Source: Micromonas pusilla
Lineage: Eukaryota
Direction of reading: 5' to 3'
Assembly (NCBI GenBank): GCA_000151265.1
Contig: GG663739.1
Span: 412,071-444,070 of the forward strand
DNA length: 32,000 nucleotides
The notes beneath the pieces were generated by a model. The model saw only the letters and a program-made list of their open reading frames with translations. It ran no database searches and was not told where the DNA came from. Position numbers and translations under genes: made by a program. Positions 26,325-32,000 of this stretch are shown one piece after another (the stretch's first letter is position 1; each line of letters starts with the position of its first letter).

Positions 26325-27880
26325 ATGGCGCCCGTCGAAGCGAAGACGCACGACCTGACGTCCGAGGTGCGCGTCTGAACCCGCTCGCGGACGTTCCCGC
26401 GCGCGACGGGCGCGACGGCGCGGCGCGAGGGCGCGCCCCGACGCGCGATCGCGCCGCCGTGGCCGCGCCTTTTCCCACCCCGTCGTCGTCGATTCTTTTC
26501 GGCCGATCGTTAGATCGCATCCCGCCTCCGCCTCGCGCGCGATCGACCCTCGACTGACGCCCCCCGCGTCCCACCCCGCGTCCCGATCGTCCACCGCGAA
26601 ACGCGTCAAACTATCTATGACGACAGCTCGGGAAGTACCTCGACCGCCACCTCGTGTTCCCGCTCCTGGAGTTCCTCCAAGCGAAGCGCGTGTACCCGGA
26701 GAACGAGGTCTTGGAGGCGAAGATCGCGCTGCTTAACAAGACGAACATGCTCGACTTCGCCGCGGACATCTACAAGTCGCTCCACAACAAGAGCGACGTC
26801 CCGGCGGCGATGCAGCAGCGGAGGGAGGAGGTCATCGCGAACCTCACGGAGCTGTCCGTGAAGGCGGAGAAGGTGGTGAACTTTCTGTCGGACCCGACGC
26901 TCGTGAAGCAGCTCCGAAGCGACAAGGCGTTCAACCTCGCCTTTCTTCAAGAATCGCACGGCGTCGGCCCCGAGGATATCGACGCGCTGTTCCACTACGC
27001 CAAGTTCCAGTTCGAGTGCGGGAACTATCAGGCCGCGGGGGAGTTCCTCTCGCACTACCGCGGCCTGTGCACGAACAGCGAGCGCGGCGCGAGCGCGTTG
27101 TGGGGCAAGTTTGCCTCGGACATTCTCCTGCAGCAGTGGGACGCCGCCGTGGAGGACCTGACGCGGCTCAAGGACGCGGTGGAGAACCGCGCGTACTCCA
27201 GCCCGCTCGCGCACGTGCACGCGCGGACGTGGCTCGTTCACTGGGCGCTGTTCGTGTTCTTCAACCACGAGAACGGGCGGAACGCGATCATCGACTTGTT
27301 CTTTCAAGAGCGATACATGCAGGCGATTCAAGCCGAGGCGCCGCATCTCTTGCGGTACCTCGCGGCGGCGATCATCACGAACAAGCGCCGCCGCAGCATG
27401 CTGAAGGACCTCGTCAGGATCCTGCAGTGCGAGACGTACTCGGACCCGATCACGGAGTTTTTGCTGAAGCTGTTCGTGGAGTACGATTTCGACGGCGCGC
27501 AGACGAAGCTCGCGGAGTGCGACGTCGTGCTCGAGAATGATTTCTTCCTCGTCGGCTGCAAGGACGAGTTCAACGAGAACGCGCGTCTCTTCATCTTCGA
27601 GACGTACTGCAGGATTCACCAGCGCATCGACATCAAGATGCTCGCGGATAAACTGTCCATGGACCACGACAGCGCGGAGCGGTGGATCGTGAACTTGATC
27701 CGGAGCACGAAGCTCAACGCGAAGATCGACTCGGAGAAGGGGACGGTGCAGATGTACGACCAGGCGCAGAGCGTTCACGACATGATCGTCGAGAAGACGA
27801 AGGCGCTCACGTCGAAGACGTACTCGCTGTCGCACGCGGTGTTGTCGAACACCCAGGCGCAGGCTGGGTCGGTCGTGTGA
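26325..27880 (+). CDS. EIF3E: Eukaryotic translation initiation factor 3 subunit E (INT6); 2 exons, 431 aa
   Basis: Exon 1 is 26325..26366 (MAPVEAKTHDLTSE, donor gag|gtgcgc). Exon 2 is 26627..27880 (acceptor gacgacag|ctc). The junction gives [24 protein letters not shown], colinear with animal eIF3e [23 protein letters not shown]. There are long further matches: YAKFQFECGNYQAAGEFL, LWGKFASDILLQQWDAAVEDLTRLK, RTWLVHWALFVFFNH, ENARLFIFETYCRIHQRIDIKMLADKL and ERWIVNLIRSTKLNAKIDS. Confidence 0.92.
26367..26626 (+). other. Ordinary (non-IE) spliceosomal intron of eIF3e, 260 nt
   Basis: An in-frame TGA at 26618-26620 blocks any unspliced extension of exon 2. The ATG at 26617 is out of frame. The GTGCGC donor and CAG acceptor give a phase-0 junction that restores the conserved N-terminus. 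Confidence 0.8.
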
Positions 27881-27980
27881 ACGTCGGTGAGTGGTGGGGG
27901 TTGCGTACTGTAGAGCTTTAGTCGTTCCAAAATGCTGAAAAGAACAAAGACGCGACGCGTCTGGTCTTGAATAAATCGCA

Positions 27981-30296
27981 TCACTTCGCGGCGCGCTTCC
28001 CTCGCGTCGTCGGCGTCTTCGTCGACGTCGTCGCTTTCCGCTTCGTCCCCGTCGCCGCCCTAGCCTTGGCCGGCGTCTTCGCCTTCGCGGCCGGGCTCTT
28101 CTTCACGCCAAACTCCTCGAAGATGACGTCCTTCCAGCGCTTCTCGTCGGCCACCGTGAACGCGGCGTCCTCGTCGATTTCCTCGTCCTCGAAATCTTCG
28201 GGGAGGTCGGGGTACGCGTCGTCGTCGTCGTCGTCCTTCTTCTTCGCGGCCGCCTTCTTCGCGCCGACGGGGGTCTTCGCCTTCGCCTTGACCGGGGCCT
28301 TCTTCGTCGACTTGGCCGGAGTCTTCTTCTTCGCGTTCTTCGCGCCGCCGCCAAAGTCGTCGAACGTCACGTCTGCGTATTTCTTTTTATCCGCCGCGGT
28401 GAACGCGCTCGCTTCGTCAATCTCCTCGTCTTCAAAGTCCGAAGGGAGCTCGTCGTAGTCTTGAACCGCTCTGACGACGATCTTCGACGCGGTCGCGGGC
28501 GTCTTCGTCTTAGCGGGCGTCTTCGTCTTAGCGGGCGTCTTCGTCTTAGCGGGCGTCTTCGTCTTAGCGGGCGTCTTCGTCTTCGTCTTCGCCGCCGGGG
28601 TCTTTTTCGCCTTCTTCGCCGAGCCGCCGCCGCCAAAGTCCTCGAACGAGATGTCCCTCCACCGCTTCTTGTCCTCCTCCGTGAACGCGGCGCCCTCTTC
28701 GATCTCCTCGTCCTCGAAATCTTCGGGGAGATCGGGGTACGCGTCGTCGTCGACCGCGGCGGGAATGGCGACGTCCCGCCGCTTCTCGCCCTCACCCCCC
28801 TTCGTCTTCGCGTTGAATGCCTTCTTCGCCTTCCCCCCGCGCGCCACATCCATCGCCGCCTCCCTCGAACACCGCTCGCAGACGCACTCGAACCCGTACA
28901 CCTCCCTCAGCTCGTCCCGACGCTCCCCGACGTCCGCGTCCACGTCCACGTACGCGATCGTGAGCTCCTCCCCCGGCTTCAGCGTCCTCCTCGCGACGAC
29001 CAGCACCCTCGCGTCGTCGACGTACGCAACCTCGCAGTTGGGATCGCACGAGTGGTTCAGCGAAGACGCGAGCGGGAACACCGCGGCGCCGCGCATCGCG
29101 GGGAACAGCGACGTGTCGAACTCGATCGCGTCGTCGCCCTTCCCCCAGATGAAGTCGCACCTCTCGTCTCTCTCCTCGTCCTCGGCCTCGTCGTCGCTGT
29201 CGCCGTCGCTGTCGTCCTCGCTGTCGAGCGCGGCGCCGTCGAGAAGCGCGTTTTCCTCGTCGACGCGCCTCGCGACCCGGACGTCGCGCTCGCGCGAGAG
29301 CCACCGCACGACGCCCCGCATCGGCCCCGTCACCGACGCGTCGCCCGTGTTGGCGCCCGGGGTGGTGACCAGGTACCGCGTGATAGGGTTCGGGACCTTC
29401 ACCGTCATCGAGTTCATCTGCGCGGCGCCGCACAGGCGCGCGAAGCCGTCGCGCGATGCGATGGACGCGCCGGAGACGGCAAACGCGGGCGCGTCTCTCA
29501 ACGCCGCCTCCCCGAAGGCTCTCTTCAGCGTCAGCTCCAGCGACGGCCACGCGGCGTCCACGAGCGCTCTCAACCCCTCGCGCGCCAACTCGTCGCTCGC
29601 GAGCTCGTGAATCTGCGCGTTCGCCAGGTGCCGGACGCCGTCGACGTCGAGCGCGTCGCGGGGGGCGAGCGCGCACGCGGCGAGTTGCGCCGCGAGCATC
29701 GCGCACCGACGGTCGGCGCGAGGGGCGCCGCCGACGACGTCTATGAACGCGCGCCACTCTTCGTTGGCGCGCACGCGCAGCTTCAAGAACCCGGTGCACG
29801 TGCACGGCCACGAGGAGTCGCGGCCGTCGCCGCAGTACCTCGAGCCATAGATGTTCGTCGCGTCCGCGAGTACGAACGGCTGCGCGTCCGAGACTGGGAG
29901 TTTCTTCTTGAACTTCTGAGGCGCGAGATCCGCGATGGGAGGCGGCGGCAGCGCCTTCGAGCCCTTCCGCGGCGGCGGCGCGTCCGCGGCGTCGCGCGAC
30001 GCGGCGGCGGCGCGCGATCTAAGCAACGCCTCGAGCTGGGAGGCGATATTTCCGGTGAACGCGCCGCACGTCTCGCACGTCTCGTACGGCGGCGGCGGCG
30101 ATTCGTCGACGTCCTCGAGCGCGGCGGCGGTCAGATCGACGGCGCGAAGCAGCGCGCACGGCGCGTCCCTGAGCGCGACGTCGCCCTCGGCGAGGTGCAC
30201 GAGCGCGTAGACGCCCTTGCCCTTGGCGGCGTCGTCGCAGTCGCGCGTCTGCACGACCGCGGTCTCCCCGAGGGCGGTCGCGAAGAGGACGTCCAT
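27981..30296 (-). CDS. SET-domain (SMYD-like) protein with a repeat-rich basic/acidic C-terminal tail
   Basis: 771-aa ORF. SET core and post-SET region: FPLASSLNHSCDPNCEVAYVDDARVLVVARRTLKPGEELTIAYVD ... YGFECVCERC. The C-terminal ~300 aa contain three copies of D.AYPDLPEDFEDEEI(D/E)E.AAFT..D.K.W.D..FE.FG and a (KTKTPA)n run. Confidence 0.85.
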   Translation of the reverse strand: MDVLFATALGETAVVQTRDCDDAAKGKGVYALVHLAEGDVALRDAPCALLRAVDLTAAALEDVDESPPPPYETCETCGAFTGNIASQLEALLRSRAAAASRDAADAPPPRKGSKALPPPPIADLAPQKFKKKLPVSDAQPFVLADATNIYGSRYCGDGRDSSWPCTCTGFLKLRVRANEEWRAFIDVVGGAPRADRRCAMLAAQLAACALAPRDALDVDGVRHLANAQIHELASDELAREGLRALVDAAWPSLELTLKRAFGEAALRDAPAFAVSGASIASRDGFARLCGAAQMNSMTVKVPNPITRYLVTTPGANTGDASVTGPMRGVVRWLSRERDVRVARRVDEENALLDGAALDSEDDSDGDSDDEAEDEERDERCDFIWGKGDDAIEFDTSLFPAMRGAAVFPLASSLNHSCDPNCEVAYVDDARVLVVARRTLKPGEELTIAYVDVDADVGERRDELREVYGFECVCERCSREAAMDVARGGKAKKAFNAKTKGGEGEKRRDVAIPAAVDDDAYPDLPEDFEDEEIEEGAAFTEEDKKRWRDISFEDFGGGGSAKKAKKTPAAKTKTKTPAKTKTPAKTKTPAKTKTPAKTKTPATASKIVVRAVQDYDELPSDFEDEEIDEASAFTAADKKKYADVTFDDFGGGAKNAKKKTPAKSTKKAPVKAKAKTPVGAKKAAAKKKDDDDDDAYPDLPEDFEDEEIDEDAAFTVADEKRWKDVIFEEFGVKKSPAAKAKTPAKARAATGTKRKATTSTKTPTTRGKRAAK
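28495..28588. repeat. 18-bp tandem repeat, about 5 units, encoding (KTKTPA)n on the minus strand
   Basis: gcgggcgtcttcgtctta is repeated head to tail at 28495, 28513, 28531 and 28549, with a partial fifth unit. Confidence 0.9.
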
Positions 30297-30448
30297 CTCG
30301 TGAGGCGGCGCGGAGGGATGTGATGCGCGTGCGCTCGTCCGCGTCCGCCGCGACCGAAACTCGCACTCGCGCTGACGATTCGAGGCGCGCGCGCGCGCCC
30401 CTTCGCATTCGAAGAGACGCCCCGGCGACGCCGCCGACGCGTCGCACG
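30297..30448. promoter_or_regulatory. 152-bp divergent intergenic region (SET gene on minus, aspartic protease on plus)
   Basis: Lies between start codons at 30296 (minus) and 30449 (plus). No motif was identified. Confidence 0.3.
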
Positions 30449-32000
30449 ATGAAGTCGACGACGGGGTCCGTTCGCTTCGCGACGCACGTCGTCGTCGTCA
30501 TCCTCCTCCTCTTCCTCGCGCGCGTCCCCGCCGCGCGCGCGACGGCGACGCCCGCGATCTCGCGCGCCGCGTCGTCGTCGTCTTCGCACACGCTCGCGCT
30601 TCGTCCGCGCGCGGGATCGGACGACGTCTCGCACCGACGCGAGACGGACGCGATGCGCGCGACGAGAAGACGCCTTCTGAGCGACGCGTCGTCCGCGCAC
30701 GACGCCTCCGCGACGATGCCCGTGCGCGGATCGCTGCGCGAGCACGGGTACCACTACGCGGAGGTCGCGCTCGGGACGTTCGATCCCCCGCGGTTTTTCC
30801 AAGTCATCGTCGACACCGGGTCGTCGTACCTCTACGTCCCGTGCGGCGACTGCGGGGAGAAATGCGGGACGCACACGAACGCGACGTACGACCTGGCCCA
30901 CTCCACGACCGGGCTCGGCGTCCTGTGCACCGACAGGGACTGCCCGACGACGTGCCCGCGCGCGCGCGGTCGCGGGCGGCGGCGGCGGCGGCTCCTCGGC
31001 GCCGACGGCGGCGGCGACGTCCCGCGGTGCGAATTCTCCGCGAGCTACGCGGAGATGAGCTCCGTGCGCGGGCGCGTCGTGCGCGATAGGATACACCTCG
31101 GCGAAGAGATCGGCGCCGTGGACGTGACGTTCGGGTGCACGATGGAGGAGAAGGGCAGCATCTTCCGGCAGGAGGCGGATGGGCTCATGGGGATGGGACG
31201 CGCCAACGACATGTCCATGCCGGTGCAGCTGAGCCGTCGCCACGGCCTCGCGGACGTGTTCTCGCTGTGTTACAACAACTTCACCGGCGGCGGCGCGCTG
31301 ACGTTCGGGCGCGCGAAGGGGATGGGCGACGGCGAGGCGCACGCGGACCACCCGGAGAATTCGTTGGGGTTCACGCCGTTGAAGAGGACGGGAAACAAAA
31401 ACTTTTACGGCGTGGACGTCGAGAGCATGACGATGAACGGCGAGACGTTCGGCACCGAGGCGGAGTTCGCCGTCGGAAGAGGGTCCGTGATGGACAGCGG
31501 GACGACGATGACGTACGTGCCCGCGAGCGTGTTCAAGAAGCTCACGAAGGCGTTGCAAGACGCGGCGGAAAAGAACGACGAGAATCTCAAGCTCGAGAAA
31601 GTCGCCGGGCCGGACCCGAAGTATCCGGACGACGTCTGCTACGCGAACCCCACGGCGACGTGGGATAACGTGCATGACTTCTTCCCGAACCTCACGATCA
31701 CCTTCAAAGGCGGCGTCGCGCTCGAGACGCCGCCGGGGAACTACTTATTCGCGCACGGGAAGGACCCGCACGCGTTTTGCCTCGGCATCATGGCCAACGG
31801 CAACGCGGGCGCGCTGATCGGCGCCATCTCCACGCGCGACGTCTTCGTGCAGTACGACGTGGAAAACTCGCGGATCGGCTTCGCGAAGACGGACTGCGCG
31901 AGCTTCCTCGCGACGCACACGACGAACATGTCGTTCGCGGCGGAGCCAAAGTACCGCGTGCCCGCGAACGACGCGCCGGATTTTTACGACATCAACAGCG
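30449..32000 (+). CDS. Secreted/vacuolar A1-family (pepsin-like) aspartic protease, 3'-partial (runs off the window)
   Basis: Hand-translated from ATG 30449. The frame stays open to the window end, which is why it is absent from the ORF track. Signal-peptide-like N-terminus MKSTTGSVRFATHVVVVILLLFLARVPAARA. Catalytic motifs VIVDTGSSYLYVP and VMDSGTTMTYVP at typical spacing. The antisense ORF 30131..31675 is a shadow. Confidence 0.9.
   Translation, partial: MKSTTGSVRFATHVVVVILLLFLARVPAARATATPAISRAASSSSSHTLALRPRAGSDDVSHRRETDAMRATRRRLLSDASSAHDASATMPVRGSLREHGYHYAEVALGTFDPPRFFQVIVDTGSSYLYVPCGDCGEKCGTHTNATYDLAHSTTGLGVLCTDRDCPTTCPRARGRGRRRRRLLGADGGGDVPRCEFSASYAEMSSVRGRVVRDRIHLGEEIGAVDVTFGCTMEEKGSIFRQEADGLMGMGRANDMSMPVQLSRRHGLADVFSLCYNNFTGGGALTFGRAKGMGDGEAHADHPENSLGFTPLKRTGNKNFYGVDVESMTMNGETFGTEAEFAVGRGSVMDSGTTMTYVPASVFKKLTKALQDAAEKNDENLKLEKVAGPDPKYPDDVCYANPTATWDNVHDFFPNLTITFKGGVALETPPGNYLFAHGKDPHAFCLGIMANGNAGALIGAISTRDVFVQYDVENSRIGFAKTDCASFLATHTTNMSFAAEPKYRVPANDAPDFYDINS

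Noticed and set aside
26617-26619. ATG just upstream of the eIF3e ORF, considered as its start codon
   Set aside because: It is out of frame with the conserved [14 protein letters not shown] sequence, and an in-frame TGA sits at 26618-26620. The spliced model with exon 1 at 26325..26366 restores the conserved N-terminus instead.
1-32000. Prokaryotic-style defence island, operon or novel multi-gene system
   Set aside because: The genes have spliceosomal introns and eukaryote-specific products (eIF3e, IFT20, SLC25 carrier, PP2C, SET). Orientations alternate and the functions are unrelated. Apart from the IFT20/CFAP65-like adjacency, I see no functional clustering.

Overview
This window is GC-rich (roughly two-thirds G+C by eye), gene-dense eukaryotic nuclear DNA, not prokaryotic. 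Evidence: spliceosomal introns with a GTGCGT-type donor, an intron-containing tRNA, cilia genes (IFT20 and a CFAP65-like giant), a plastid-type CYP97 P450, eIF3e, and a signal-peptide A1 aspartic protease. The best fit is a prasinophyte green alga of the Micromonas pusilla type; this is inference, and no search was possible. I can support about 16 protein-coding genes on both strands, separated by very short intergenic spacers. These are a TraB/LON-N protein, an ankyrin-repeat protein, a rhodanese-like protein, an unrecognised 1111-aa membrane-anchored protein, a Cys-rich hypothetical, a mitochondrial carrier, a CMP/dCMP deaminase, a weak small hypothetical, CYP97, PP2C, IFT20, the CFAP65-like protein, eIF3e, a SET-domain protein, and a partial aspartic protease. 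There is also one tRNA-Asn(GUU) with a 48-nt intron, plus several microsatellites and tandem repeats. The standout feature is a dispersed 156-187-nt repeat with five full copies and one relic. Each full copy lies in the same orientation as its host gene. Four are exact, frame-restoring introns, and one sits just after a stop codon. The copies show short terminal inverted repeats and flanking direct duplications that end in the AG acceptor. This matches the introner elements (IEs) already described for Micromonas pusilla CCMP1545, so the family is known rather than undescribed. The copy-level details are the most checkable new observations: one GC-AG copy, one 3'-UTR copy, 4-9-bp duplications, short variants, stops in all three frames, and a decayed relic. 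I found no CRISPR array, operon or defence-island-like structure. Most long ORFs in the six-frame track that lie antisense to real genes are Arg/Ala-rich artefacts of the GC content.
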